Shown: piece by piece, positions 20,235 to 29,322 of the stretch
How the letters are laid out: every line of letters begins with the position of its first letter
How positions within the stretch are numbered: the first letter of the stretch is position 1
IMG/VR virus record: IMGVR_UViG_3300031707_000001
Coordinates: 1 to 64,000 of that record
Reading direction: 5' to 3' (one strand)
DNA length: 64,000 bases
The notes under the pieces: model-generated
Seen by the model: the letters and a program-made list of their open reading frames with translations, nothing else
What the model was told of the DNA's origin: nothing
Database searches by the model: none
Made by a program: the position numbers and the translations under genes

Positions 20235-20698
20235 TTATTTCGTGGCGGTTCCTGGGTGCAATCCCTGGGAGCCGCCATAGATAATTGAATACTAAGAAGC
20301 TAGTCTTTAATTATTGCAGACTATAAAACAGTATGCAAATTTGTATTTACTAAAGTTTGCAGTCTGGAGAACAGTCTGCAAACGTTAGTGTTTCAAATGT
20401 CTCATTAAGCAAAAACTGATCGGAAGTGCCGATGTAAGTATTTCCGTATCAATGAGTAGCTACAAAATCAAAAGACTGAGTCTGGATTCTCAGACGACCT
20501 ATTTCTAAAAAGGTTCTCGACGTGCTTTTGGGCCGAAAACGTGTGATTTCTGCGCCGTAGGCTATATACGAAGTATATAGCCCACTGCCGTACTGATATC
20601 CCAGTTACGTCCGAAAACCACTTCTCTCCAAAAAGTAGAATTTTCAATTTTTCCAAGCCGAAAGAAACAAACCCGAAAAATGCTAACAGGAGAAACCT

Positions 20699-21007
20699 AT
20701 GGAATCGTTCGAACTGTTGCTGAACCTACTACACGAAGTTGCTATCAAGTGTGGAAACCCGTCTGAGTTTGAGGCCCACGTTACATGTATGGGTCTGAGA
20801 AACGATAAGGCTCTAGGGCCTATCAATTACCTCATTACAATACTTGAGACCGTGGATAGTCACGAGATATGCAGTGGCGGGGGATCGAGCCTTGCAGACG
20901 CCTCTGAGGCCATTCTTGACGGGCTTGATTCAAACCTGAAGTATTGGCAGTACACAATTCCTAAGGCCACGCTAAAACGGTTGCACTCATCCAAGAAAAA
21001 AGGGTAG
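20699..21007 (+). CDS. Hypothetical protein
   Basis: AGGAG RBS. Confidence 0.6.
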   Translation: MESFELLLNLLHEVAIKCGNPSEFEAHVTCMGLRNDKALGPINYLITILETVDSHEICSGGGSSLADASEAILDGLDSNLKYWQYTIPKATLKRLHSSKKKG

Positions 21008-21016
21008 TATATTCAC

Positions 21017-21238
21017 ATGTACGAACAATATGAACATAATGGTCGTAGGGTCTGGGTGAGATCGGATCTTAAAGAGATGTATCCGTGTTATCATCTCTGT
21101 CTCAAATGCCAGGAGTACAAGCCTGAACGCAGTCGAGAACAAAACTGCAAGATTGCCAACGCAGTCTCTGACATTTGTGATCAGTATGGTATTGTTATGC
21201 CGGTGTTCGAATGTCCGGCATTCAAGTCTTCCGTGTAA
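21017..21238 (+). CDS. Hypothetical Cys-rich protein
   Basis: 73 aa. Confidence 0.55.
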   Translation: MYEQYEHNGRRVWVRSDLKEMYPCYHLCLKCQEYKPERSREQNCKIANAVSDICDQYGIVMPVFECPAFKSSV

Positions 21239-21476
21239 GTGATTCTCTCCGATCCGCAGCCCGGCCAGGCCCTTCCCTCTCCGACGAAAATCGGATGCCC
21301 GCTTGTCGGGTTGCCTGGTTCGGGCTGCCTCTTTTTCAGCCGCCATTTTGACTGGCGGCTTGCCTTCAAAAAAGTTTCATTTAGCAGTTGCACCAGATCT
21401 GCCTCGGTGGTACTGTATTCATGCCGCTTAGAAAAGTGGCCTCGGGCAAATTCGAAATACAATACGTGCTACTGCT

Positions 21477-21707
21477 ATGCCCACGTTTGGGCAGGAGAAG
21501 GATATGTTGACAATCAGAATATCGGAGTCGGTGATCGAAGAAAAAGTTCGTAGTCTGGCAAGGGCTCATGGAAAGAGCGCAGACGACATCGTGATGGGGG
21601 CGCTCGCCAACAGCCTGGGTGCTCCAGAGGTTCTAGCAACACTGCAATTCCCGTTAGCGTTCGAATTTGACGAATATGCGCCTGTGCCCATGGTGGCGAT
21701 GGCGTGA
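21477..21707 (+). CDS. Hypothetical protein (ribbon-helix-helix-like)
   Basis: LTIRISESVIEEKVRSLARAHGKS. Confidence 0.5.
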   Translation: MPTFGQEKDMLTIRISESVIEEKVRSLARAHGKSADDIVMGALANSLGAPEVLATLQFPLAFEFDEYAPVPMVAMA

Positions 21708-21717
21708 AAGGAGTTCG

Positions 21718-22005
21718 ATGAAGAAGAGTATGATGCTGTTGGTAGTGTGTATGTTGTTTGCCGGATGCGCATCGACCAAGGGTCGTTTCGTTCTGGCAGA
21801 CATCAATGGATGGGAGCCGCCTCAAATGACGGCGAGTACTCCGGAAGATATCAGCGTGTACAAGTGTGATACACCAACAAATATGATGATGGCGCCAGCA
21901 CCCGGGATGCTTACACCATTCTATGAGTTCATTGCTGACATCATCAAGGCAGTGAAGGGAATACGTATTCGAGTGCTTAACGTAGAGTGGAACGAATGTA
22001 AATGA
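21718..22005 (+). CDS. Putative lipoprotein
   Basis: MKKSMMLLVVCMLFAGC signal peptide and lipobox; AAGGAG RBS. Confidence 0.7.
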   Translation: MKKSMMLLVVCMLFAGCASTKGRFVLADINGWEPPQMTASTPEDISVYKCDTPTNMMMAPAPGMLTPFYEFIADIIKAVKGIRIRVLNVEWNECK

Positions 22006-22024
22006 GAGGTTGGTTGGTGGGAGT

Positions 22025-22062
22025 GGGCCGGTCTGGGTAACACCAGGCCGGCCCTTCTTTTT
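22025..22062 (+). terminator. Rho-independent terminator
   Basis: GGGCCGGTCTGG/CCAGGCCGGCCC followed by TTCTTTTT. Confidence 0.8.
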
Positions 22063-22071
22063 GGAGAAATT

Positions 22072-22335
22072 ATGACAGAACATAAATCGCTCGGAGTTAT
22101 GCAGTATCCTTGTGCTGCTGTCAGCAGTTTTAGCGGCAGTACAAGTGAAGCAGAAATCACATTGACGGGTTCTGGGAAAAAACTCAAGGTGAAGTTAGGT
22201 ATAAGCTGTGTAAGCACGTTGGTCAAGCTAGCACAAGACATTACAGGTCGTCAGCGTGAATACGCTATGCGGGAGTGGAACGAATATTTGCACATGAAGA
22301 AAGTTACTGGGTACGTTCCTACGAGTGGAGATTAA
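22072..22335 (+). CDS. Hypothetical protein
   Basis: GGAG RBS. Confidence 0.6.
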   Translation: MTEHKSLGVMQYPCAAVSSFSGSTSEAEITLTGSGKKLKVKLGISCVSTLVKLAQDITGRQREYAMREWNEYLHMKKVTGYVPTSGD

Positions 22336-22344
22336 GGAGAACAG

Positions 22345-22782
22345 ATGAGCTTAAGCAAAGAGATAGAAGAGAAATTCGGCCGAGCCCTTGCCATCGCTGG
22401 TGGAAGCATATCACCGGCCGGTGCTATATTGGTACTGGCTGACGTTATAGCATCTAGGATGGATGCTGCAAAGTTGCCGTCTGAAGCGGACGTAATTCGT
22501 GAAGCGGAAAAAGCCAAAGAAGACGTTCACATTATCAAAACCAAAGGCGATCTTTGGCAGTATTTGTTTCGTGTAGCCAAGGATTACGTAAGGCAGGGCG
22601 TACAGGCCAGCTTGGTTCGGAACAACCATATGCATAAGGCACCAACCACTAAAAAAGAGGTGATAGGTTATTCCACGGATATTGCCGAGGCCATTCTGGT
22701 GGACTTCATCAACAAGGTTGGTATGGATCAAGGTTTGGATGTGGGTCTATATACGAAGCATCTGCACGAGGATGAACTATGA
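22345..22782 (+). CDS. Hypothetical protein
   Basis: AAGGAG RBS. Confidence 0.65.
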   Translation: MSLSKEIEEKFGRALAIAGGSISPAGAILVLADVIASRMDAAKLPSEADVIREAEKAKEDVHIIKTKGDLWQYLFRVAKDYVRQGVQASLVRNNHMHKAPTTKKEVIGYSTDIAEAILVDFINKVGMDQGLDVGLYTKHLHEDEL

Positions 22783-23132
22783 GTGACGTACTATATCATT
22801 ACATGGTGGGTGAGCCGGCCGCACCAGAGAAGCGTGGCTTTGATAAATGGGGTCGTGTTCACTGCTTGTCTTGGGGTATGATCTACAAAAAGGGAAAGTT
22901 CTTCGCACCTCCAAACATGCACACCGTGGGTTTCAGTGGCTGCGGAATTGGACAGGCCAAGTCTATTGCAGAAGGCCGTAAACGGTTGCATGAATACATT
23001 CGTGCCAGGCTAACAGACGAGTTGAAAAAGTCCCAAGACGAAGTTCGTCGGATCAAAGCAGCACTGACAAAATTAGGCGACGATCCAAAAAATCTGGAAC
23101 GTTTTCGTGTGAAGGATACTCGAAAGGATTAG
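22779..23132 (+). CDS. Hypothetical protein
   Basis: ATGA coupling. Confidence 0.6.
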   Translation: MSDVLYHYMVGEPAAPEKRGFDKWGRVHCLSWGMIYKKGKFFAPPNMHTVGFSGCGIGQAKSIAEGRKRLHEYIRARLTDELKKSQDEVRRIKAALTKLGDDPKNLERFRVKDTRKD

Positions 23133-23134
23133 GT

Positions 23135-23593
23135 ATGACACGTAAGATAATCAAGGAGGATTTTGAACGCTGGAAGGACCACAGGGGTGACTTTGAAACT
23201 TGTCCTAGTTGTGGTAAAAAACGTGGAATAGAGTTTTGGAAGAACTCGGCACATACTCTATGTTTGAAACCGCAACACGGTAAGGCGGATTCAGTTATGG
23301 TTATTTCCAGTTGTAATACCTGCAGCGAAGATTCGTGGGTACACGAACCCATGTCTTCGTTTCACGATTATTGTGACTACTGGCCTAAAAAGTGGAAGGC
23401 GGCAGTTCAAAAATATGAGGCTCAGGTAATGTTGGAAGCATTGCGAGATTGGTGCCGATCGGTATGCGGTATCTGTGCTAGGCTTACAAGCGGTACTGTG
23501 AAATATCATGCCTGGCGCCATTGCGAGATTGGCAGTGGCCCAGCTGAGATCTACTGCGAGAAATTCAAGGAACTGAAGCGCAAGAAGGGGTGA
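23135..23593 (+). CDS. Hypothetical Cys-rich protein
   Basis: 152 aa, CxxC motifs. Confidence 0.6.
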   Translation: MTRKIIKEDFERWKDHRGDFETCPSCGKKRGIEFWKNSAHTLCLKPQHGKADSVMVISSCNTCSEDSWVHEPMSSFHDYCDYWPKKWKAAVQKYEAQVMLEALRDWCRSVCGICARLTSGTVKYHAWRHCEIGSGPAEIYCEKFKELKRKKG

Positions 23594-24129
23594 TCATGGA
23601 TTATATCGAAGAGGCAAATAGAACGAAGAGTGCCATGCACTGTGCTGTTGACGTGGATACAGAGCATGGCATTTTGGGTATTGCCACAGAGGCAGGTGAA
23701 CTGTTGGATGCTTTGAAGAAAGCCATCTTCTACGGCAAACCGCTAGATCTGGTAAACATCAAAGAAGAGATTGGCGATGCGATGTGGTATATTGCATTGA
23801 TCTGCAAGGCCAATGGGTGGACCTTTGAAGAAATCCAGCAACAGAACATTGCCAAACTGAAGGCACGCTACCCGGACAAGTTCACGCAGGACAAGGCCCT
23901 AAATCGTGATTTGCCCAAAGAGCGGGAAGTTCTGGAGAGCGAAACCGATGAGCGGCATTTTATTGTTTACTGGGAGATTGATGCCGATGCTGCTACTCCC
24001 AAAGCAGCAGCTGAATATGCCTTGAAAGTACAACGTAATCCAGAATCGATTGCAACTGTCTTTGATGTGTTTGAAGACAATCACTTTAAGGCCCGTGTGG
24101 ATCTGACAGAAGGAACGGTGACACAATGA
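23590..24129 (+). CDS. MazG-like nucleotide pyrophosphohydrolase with C-terminal extra domain
   Basis: GIATEAGELLD..KEEIGDAMWY..NIAKLKARY. Confidence 0.85.
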   Translation: MIMDYIEEANRTKSAMHCAVDVDTEHGILGIATEAGELLDALKKAIFYGKPLDLVNIKEEIGDAMWYIALICKANGWTFEEIQQQNIAKLKARYPDKFTQDKALNRDLPKEREVLESETDERHFIVYWEIDADAATPKAAAEYALKVQRNPESIATVFDVFEDNHFKARVDLTEGTVTQ

Positions 24130-24443
24130 GCAGCTTTAGTTTGTGTGGGGGATCAGACCTTAAATGCCCGCAATGCGGGCATGGCTTCGATATTGAATGG
24201 GACACAGAATATGGAGATCCACAAGTTGGAGAACATGAGGTGGAATGCTGCTCCAACTGTGGTAGATCGTTTTCGTTCGAATGTCACTACGTATACAATA
24301 TACTGCCAGAAAAAACGGACGTAGCCGTAGAAAAGTTGGCAACAGCTGTTGCTGTTGGACTCAAAGAGCACTTCCACCTTTTGGATGGAATCGTGAGTGT
24401 TGCCGAATATACCAAGTATCTGATTCGAACTTGGAAAGGATAA
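24126..24443 (+). CDS. Hypothetical Zn-ribbon protein
   Basis: CPQC and CSNC. Confidence 0.6.
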   Translation: MSSFSLCGGSDLKCPQCGHGFDIEWDTEYGDPQVGEHEVECCSNCGRSFSFECHYVYNILPEKTDVAVEKLATAVAVGLKEHFHLLDGIVSVAEYTKYLIRTWKG

Positions 24444-24448
24444 ACTGT

Positions 24449-24703
24449 ATGAGTTTGGCAGAAGATGGGCTTCAAATATGCTCCTGGTGTGAAGGAGATG
24501 GTGTTATCTCTGTGGGCGGCGATAAACCTGTCAGAAGTAGTCTATTCAACAAGCTGGTGGAAGAACTCAATAAAGCACAACTCTCGTTGGACGTATTGGC
24601 AGAGGATGCCGAAGAGGCTGGTTATCCGAATCGAGCTTTGGAAGCCGAGAGCCACGCCGCCAGCATACGAGCACTTCTACTATCGATAAAGAATGTACTA
24701 TGA
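24449..24703 (+). CDS. Hypothetical protein
   Basis: AAGGA RBS; CSWCEGDG. Confidence 0.55.
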   Translation: MSLAEDGLQICSWCEGDGVISVGGDKPVRSSLFNKLVEELNKAQLSLDVLAEDAEEAGYPNRALEAESHAASIRALLLSIKNVL

Positions 24704-24936
24704 AAATAAAACTGATAACAGCCTGCGGATGTCATAGATACATTGATGGGATGCGTAGGTATGGCGGAGTTATTCGTCTTCTTCTACCTAATTATTTTGC
24801 GAAGTCGAAAAAATTAGAGGAGTTATATCCTGTCGGAAGTCGGGAGTTTAAGTGCACTGCAAGATATGAAAAAGGCGGGGAGGTCCCCATCTATAGAGAA
24901 GTACTTATTCCACGAACAAGAAAGGTTAAGCGATGA
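24700..24936 (+). CDS. Hypothetical protein
   Basis: ATGA coupling. Confidence 0.5.
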   Translation: MKIKLITACGCHRYIDGMRRYGGVIRLLLPNYFAKSKKLEELYPVGSREFKCTARYEKGGEVPIYREVLIPRTRKVKR

Positions 24937-25337
24937 AAAAAGGGAAGAAGTTCAAGGCACCCAAGTTCAAAAAGCATTGTACGATCGGTGAGGTTTACGG
25001 GCCAGCTATGAAGATCACAGATCCCGAAGAAGCAAAAGTTTACTTCGAGGCTCTTGTAAAGCATATACTGGCTATGAAACCTGAAAATGAACCCCGAATC
25101 ACATCCAGGGACAAAGCTGAGGAAATCGTACGTAAGAATCTGGGTTACTATTCGGGCTATTATGATCACGAGACTATGAAGCGAGTCTTCAAGCTGTTCG
25201 ACTGTGCCCATCCCATCTTTGGGACGACAATTCCTACCCCGGAGGCAGCATTTGAGGCCGGCAAGAAAATGGGGGAAGCTGCAAAGAAATCCAAAAAATT
25301 GAATTGGGACGGCGGTGGTTCAGGTGACTGTGATTAA
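24933..25337 (+). CDS. Conserved phage hypothetical protein
   Basis: NLGYYSGYYDHET..HPIFG. Confidence 0.65.
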   Translation: MKKGKKFKAPKFKKHCTIGEVYGPAMKITDPEEAKVYFEALVKHILAMKPENEPRITSRDKAEEIVRKNLGYYSGYYDHETMKRVFKLFDCAHPIFGTTIPTPEAAFEAGKKMGEAAKKSKKLNWDGGGSGDCD

Positions 25338-25355
25338 CCCAAGGAGCTAGCACGA

Positions 25356-25559
25356 ATGACAAAAGCAGACTTCGTGGATAAGATCGTACGTTACGAAAGC
25401 GGAGAAATGCCCGAGGACGAGGAAATCAAGTTCTTCCAGGAACTCATTAACAGTGGTGATGCCTGGAAGCTGCAAGGACATTACGGCCGTACGGCTATGA
25501 TGTATATTAACGCTGGACTTTGTCATAAGCCCGGAGCGAAACCCAAGAAAAGGAGATAA
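25356..25559 (+). CDS. Conserved phage hypothetical protein
   Basis: FFQELINSGDAWKLQGHYGRTA. Confidence 0.7.
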   Translation: MTKADFVDKIVRYESGEMPEDEEIKFFQELINSGDAWKLQGHYGRTAMMYINAGLCHKPGAKPKKRR

Positions 25560-25561
25560 GT

Positions 25562-25774
25562 ATGCGGGGAAGAAACGACACGGCGTGGAGTTGGCCTAAG
25601 GACATCTATGTATATGTTTGTGACAGAGAAGAAGATGGAGATCCTATTTTGGCTGTAGCCAAATATCCAGACGAAATTCCGACAAATATTGACGGTGAAG
25701 AGGTTGGTCTTTACCAATTTACAGGTAAGGGTAAATTCAAAGTGAATCCTACCGTTGTGAAGGAAGGCCGGTAA
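25562..25774 (+). CDS. Hypothetical protein
   Basis: AGGAG RBS. Confidence 0.55.
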   Translation: MRGRNDTAWSWPKDIYVYVCDREEDGDPILAVAKYPDEIPTNIDGEEVGLYQFTGKGKFKVNPTVVKEGR

Positions 25775-25932
25775 TGGGGGCTTACAATCCGATTGGGCTT
25801 CGAATCTGCTCGGATGGTGTAACCCGGGACAAGTACGGCCGGGAGTTCACTTTCTGCGAGCGCACCTTCAGGAAGCGCCGCAAGAACTCGGCAACTCCGG
25901 CCTACCACGCACACAAGGTAAAGGGGTAAAAT

Positions 25933-26646
25933 ATGGAATCCGATACCATTGAGGAACTGTTGAAGAAAATGAAGGCCGCATCACTACCGCCAACTGCTGT
26001 ACAGGATATGGAACTGGTCTTAACTCTCAGAAAAAATATTATGTCTTTAGGATTGGATCCAATGCCTTTGAGTACGCTTGTTGAGGGTATTACAGACATA
26101 ATAAAGCGCTTGATGACATTGAGCAACGCTTTGAGTTCCATGATTGGTATTGTTATGGGACAAGCCGAAGATAAGAAAAAGGCCAAGGCGACTGTCAAAT
26201 TGGTGTTGGACACGGTTGATGTATTGATGAAGGACTTGTTGACTAAGACAGCTGAGCAGCTAAACGATTCCAAGCAGTTGGAATTGATTACACTGCCTTC
26301 CAATGTTGTATTCGAAGTGGAGAAATTGGTTGAGAGCGGTATGAGCCACTCGGAAGCAGCAGAGGCAGCTGTTAACAAATATGTGTCCGATCCTGGAAAA
26401 CATTTTGATGCTCTGATGGGATATTACAAGAGCAAGTACATGAGTAAGATCACCGAACGTGCCAACGAGTTAGGGAGTAAGCAAAGCCTTCCGCAGGATG
26501 CGGCACTTCTGCAAGCCATTGATGAAATCATCGACAATTCTGCAGTGCGGATCCGGCTGAAGGAGAAAGTGTATCTCATAGGCCTGGCCCAGCAAAGCGG
26601 AATACCTCCAGGGCTGATCCAAGGCATATTGGGGATGAAGCGGTAG
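25933..26646 (+). CDS. Hypothetical helical protein
   Basis: 237 aa. Confidence 0.7.
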   Translation: MESDTIEELLKKMKAASLPPTAVQDMELVLTLRKNIMSLGLDPMPLSTLVEGITDIIKRLMTLSNALSSMIGIVMGQAEDKKKAKATVKLVLDTVDVLMKDLLTKTAEQLNDSKQLELITLPSNVVFEVEKLVESGMSHSEAAEAAVNKYVSDPGKHFDALMGYYKSKYMSKITERANELGSKQSLPQDAALLQAIDEIIDNSAVRIRLKEKVYLIGLAQQSGIPPGLIQGILGMKR

Positions 26647-26691
26647 CTGATCCCCCGTGAAGTAATTGTGTGGTGTTGTCCTTTGGAGTTC

Positions 26692-26796
26692 AGGTTTGGT
26701 ACAGTATGGTCAGATGCGGTATGGGTTTGGTAAGGTAATGCTCAGCACGGTATCGGTTACGTAACACATGGTACCCTGTGGTATCGTTATGGTTTT
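26692..26796. repeat. Degenerate NGGTN pentamer array
   Basis: About 12 GGT units at roughly 5/10-nt spacing in noncoding DNA. Confidence 0.5.
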
Positions 26797-26848
26797 GCTT
26801 GCCAATGGCATGCCCCATCTGTTAGAGTGCTGGCAGATGGGGCACCAT

Positions 26849-26922
26849 TGCCCCGTAGTGTATTAGCTGCACGAGACTCTCTGAAAGTCTTTGAGTTGGT
26901 GCAAATCCAGCCGGGGCAACCA
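26849..26922 (+). tRNA. tRNA-Gln(CUG)
   Basis: Loop CT-CTG-AA, U1-A72, atypical T loop TGCAAAT, CCA. Confidence 0.88.
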
Positions 26923-26923
26923 C

Positions 26924-26997
26924 GGAGCTGTAGTGTAATGGCAGCACAAGACCCTTTGGCGGTCTTGGTCTGGGTTCAAATCCTGGCAGCTCTACCA
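26924..26997 (+). tRNA. tRNA-Gln(UUG)
   Basis: Loop CT-TTG-GC, CCA. Confidence 0.9.
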
Positions 26998-27009
26998 TCA
27001 CTTCAAAGC

Positions 27010-27039
27010 TTGACTGTGCAACCATCAATTTGATAATCT
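27010..27039 (+). promoter_or_regulatory. Sigma70-like promoter of HNH gene (leaderless)
   Basis: TTGACT-N18-TAATCT, ATG 6 nt downstream, no SD. Confidence 0.6.
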
Positions 27040-27045
27040 TCTTAT

Positions 27046-27564
27046 ATGAAGACTAAAAATATTGATGGTAGGAATTTTGTGCAAACAAGATGTTCAGTAT
27101 GTGACAAGAAAATTTGGCGTCGTCGGTGGTTCTTGCAACATACAGAACAGAGGGTATGCGGGCCAATCTGTAAACATAAATTACAACAAACCGGGAAAAA
27201 GGTTCAATGTAAGTTGTGCAAAACTCTTGTATACAGGCCTGCAGCACAACTGGCTAAGAGCAAATACTATTTTTGTAGTGCTAGTTGCAGAGCCAAATAT
27301 TACAACGCCAAACGTACAGGTTGTTTGCATCCCGCCTATACCACAGGTGCGTGTACATTCAGACGGGAACTGCTACGCAAACAGGCTGGTACTTGTGGAA
27401 ATACCAGATGTCCTATCATGAAAGCCGGAATACATATTCCAAGATTTTTGCTAGAAGCACATCATTTGGATTCTGATCGAACAAATAACAATCTTAGCAA
27501 TGGACGAGCATACTGTACGTGGTGTCATAAACATTTAACTATAACTGGTAACTTGCCTACTTGA
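27046..27564 (+). CDS. HNH endonuclease with N-terminal treble-clef Zn fingers
   Basis: FCSASC repeats; LEAHH..RTNN..NG..YCTWCH. Confidence 0.85.
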   Translation: MKTKNIDGRNFVQTRCSVCDKKIWRRRWFLQHTEQRVCGPICKHKLQQTGKKVQCKLCKTLVYRPAAQLAKSKYYFCSASCRAKYYNAKRTGCLHPAYTTGACTFRRELLRKQAGTCGNTRCPIMKAGIHIPRFLLEAHHLDSDRTNNNLSNGRAYCTWCHKHLTITGNLPT

Positions 27565-27589
27565 CAACCTATCGTTGTGTTGTTAGGTT
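27561..27589 (+). promoter_or_regulatory. Sigma70 promoter for tRNA-Met
   Basis: TTGACA-N17-TAGGTT. Confidence 0.65.
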
Positions 27590-27601
27590 GTTTATCTCGA
27601 C

Positions 27602-27672
27602 TGCGGGTGGGCCAGTGCTCATCTGAGGCTCATAACCTTGGTCGCTCGGGGCAGCACCGAGACCCGCTACCA
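27602..27672 (+). tRNA. Atypical tRNA-Met(CAU), initiator-like
   Basis: Loop CT-CAT-AA, U1.U72 mismatch, 4-nt D loop, T loop GGCAGCA, CCA. Confidence 0.75.
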
Positions 27673-27704
27673 ACCCCCTTCAAAAACTAACGAAAGGACG
27701 AAGT

Positions 27705-28160
27705 ATGTCTGATTTAAGTGAGTACTATATTGACGTATCAGGAACAGTACATATCGACGTGGGTGGTCAAACATTCACGGCCGATCACGATATAGAATTA
27801 ACGTTGAGTGATTTGATCGACGATTTCAGAGATCAAATAGAGCTTGATGTCATTCACGATTTCATCGAAGAACTAGATAATGCACAAAGTGATATGGACT
27901 TCAGTGTAAAGCTCTTCAAAACCATTGCCAAGGGCATCATTACAGAATTTCCCGAGAAAGCTGACGAGCTTAATCACCTAATCGATCGCTTTGACGAAAT
28001 TGTAAAGGTAGAACTACATGAGGAACCTGAAAGCGATGAACAAACTGATAATCCGTTAAATACGGAAGATCCCATCGTTGACGACATACCTAAAAAATCC
28101 GACGCTGTCGAGAGCGATGGTGTGATAACTCCAACCGTTCTCAGACCGGTAGGTTTTTAG
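27705..28160 (+). CDS. Hypothetical acidic protein
   Basis: AAGGA RBS. Confidence 0.65.
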   Translation: MSDLSEYYIDVSGTVHIDVGGQTFTADHDIELTLSDLIDDFRDQIELDVIHDFIEELDNAQSDMDFSVKLFKTIAKGIITEFPEKADELNHLIDRFDEIVKVELHEEPESDEQTDNPLNTEDPIVDDIPKKSDAVESDGVITPTVLRPVGF

Positions 28161-28186
28161 TTTTAACAGTAAGTGAAAGGAGTGAT

Positions 28187-28486
28187 ATGGCATTGGTTAT
28201 CTATCCAGACGGCAAACAACAATTTGTGGAGCTGTCGAATGAACAAAACCTTCGAGTAACAGAGCTAGCAAAGTTATTCGAGGGGGAAGCGCCACAAGTA
28301 GCAGGAACAACGGGAGACGGTAAAAAGATATCTCCTACTTCTATGGCCTATCGCTTGAAATTTGTTCAGGCAGTATATATGGAAACGGGGTCAGGCAAAG
28401 CTATGAACAAAGCCGCAGAAAAATTCTGTGGAATACCAAACTACAAAGGCCAAATGGCCTTTTTGAGAAAGGAAGAAGTCATATAA
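28187..28486 (+). CDS. Hypothetical protein
   Basis: AAGGAG RBS. Confidence 0.6.
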   Translation: MALVIYPDGKQQFVELSNEQNLRVTELAKLFEGEAPQVAGTTGDGKKISPTSMAYRLKFVQAVYMETGSGKAMNKAAEKFCGIPNYKGQMAFLRKEEVI

Positions 28487-28818
28487 TGGCTAAGTTAATA
28501 ATGTCAGATGGGTTGGCAAGCGATCTGGCTATACCTGCAGATTATCCTGGAACAGTGTTGGAAAAAGCAATAGGTGGGCACGGATATATTGTTGCCGTGA
28601 TGCCTGCATCGTTAGCGGAAAAATCGGGATATGTCTATGCTTGCTTTCTTACGGCAGCGCATGATAAGCCCAAAAATCTGCGGGCTGACATTTGGATGGG
28701 CCATGGAACAGTAAATGGCCCAGTAGTTTTCCTTGCAGAATCCGAACTGTACGGATTGGTTGGGGAAAAGAAGGTCGAACTTATCGAAAAGTTGTTGGAA
28801 AAGAATAGAAACGGTTAG
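28486..28818 (+). CDS. Hypothetical protein
   Basis: TAATG coupling. Confidence 0.6.
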   Translation: MAKLIMSDGLASDLAIPADYPGTVLEKAIGGHGYIVAVMPASLAEKSGYVYACFLTAAHDKPKNLRADIWMGHGTVNGPVVFLAESELYGLVGEKKVELIEKLLEKNRNG

Positions 28819-28848
28819 TTAACAAACAGTAAGCGAAGGAGTAAGCAA

Positions 28849-29322
28849 GTGAGTAAGAACGTGTTCCCGGTAGATATCTTCCAGCATTACTACCTGCATG
28901 ACAAAGCAGGTCAGCCGCTGGCAGTGGTTGCAATTGGTGTCGGATCCGAAGCCGGCAAAATAGTCCGAGGCATTTCCATTCGCTCTGATATGGATGCTTG
29001 GGATCGTGTGAAAGGCCGCAAACGAGCCGTAGGTCGCTGCCGCAAGGCGTTGGCCACGAAGAAGTGCGCTGATCCGATAAACCTGGCGAGGAAGCGGGTT
29101 GTGCCGTCCATAGAGGCATTTATTGCACTCTACGGAGATGAGTACTTCGTGGTGGCAGCCGAAATCGGATATAATGCAGTCGTTAAGACCGGCTACGATG
29201 TCCCTCCGACGGACAGAGAAGAAAAGATCCTGGCCATGCTAGTAAAGCGATTGACACCAAAACCCGAGCCTGTGCAGGTGGTGGACGATCTCGATAGCAG
29301 CGGCGAACCGAAGCATGCATGA
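28849..29322 (+). CDS. Hypothetical protein
   Basis: AAGGAG RBS, GTG start. Confidence 0.65.
   Translation: MSKNVFPVDIFQHYYLHDKAGQPLAVVAIGVGSEAGKIVRGISIRSDMDAWDRVKGRKRAVGRCRKALATKKCADPINLARKRVVPSIEAFIALYGDEYFVVAAEIGYNAVVKTGYDVPPTDREEKILAMLVKRLTPKPEPVQVVDDLDSSGEPKHA

Noticed and set aside
25773-25925. tRNA-like look (TTCGAATC) after ORF 25562
   Set aside because: No cloverleaf; it reads better as a 51-aa small ORF (MGAYNPIGLRIC..).
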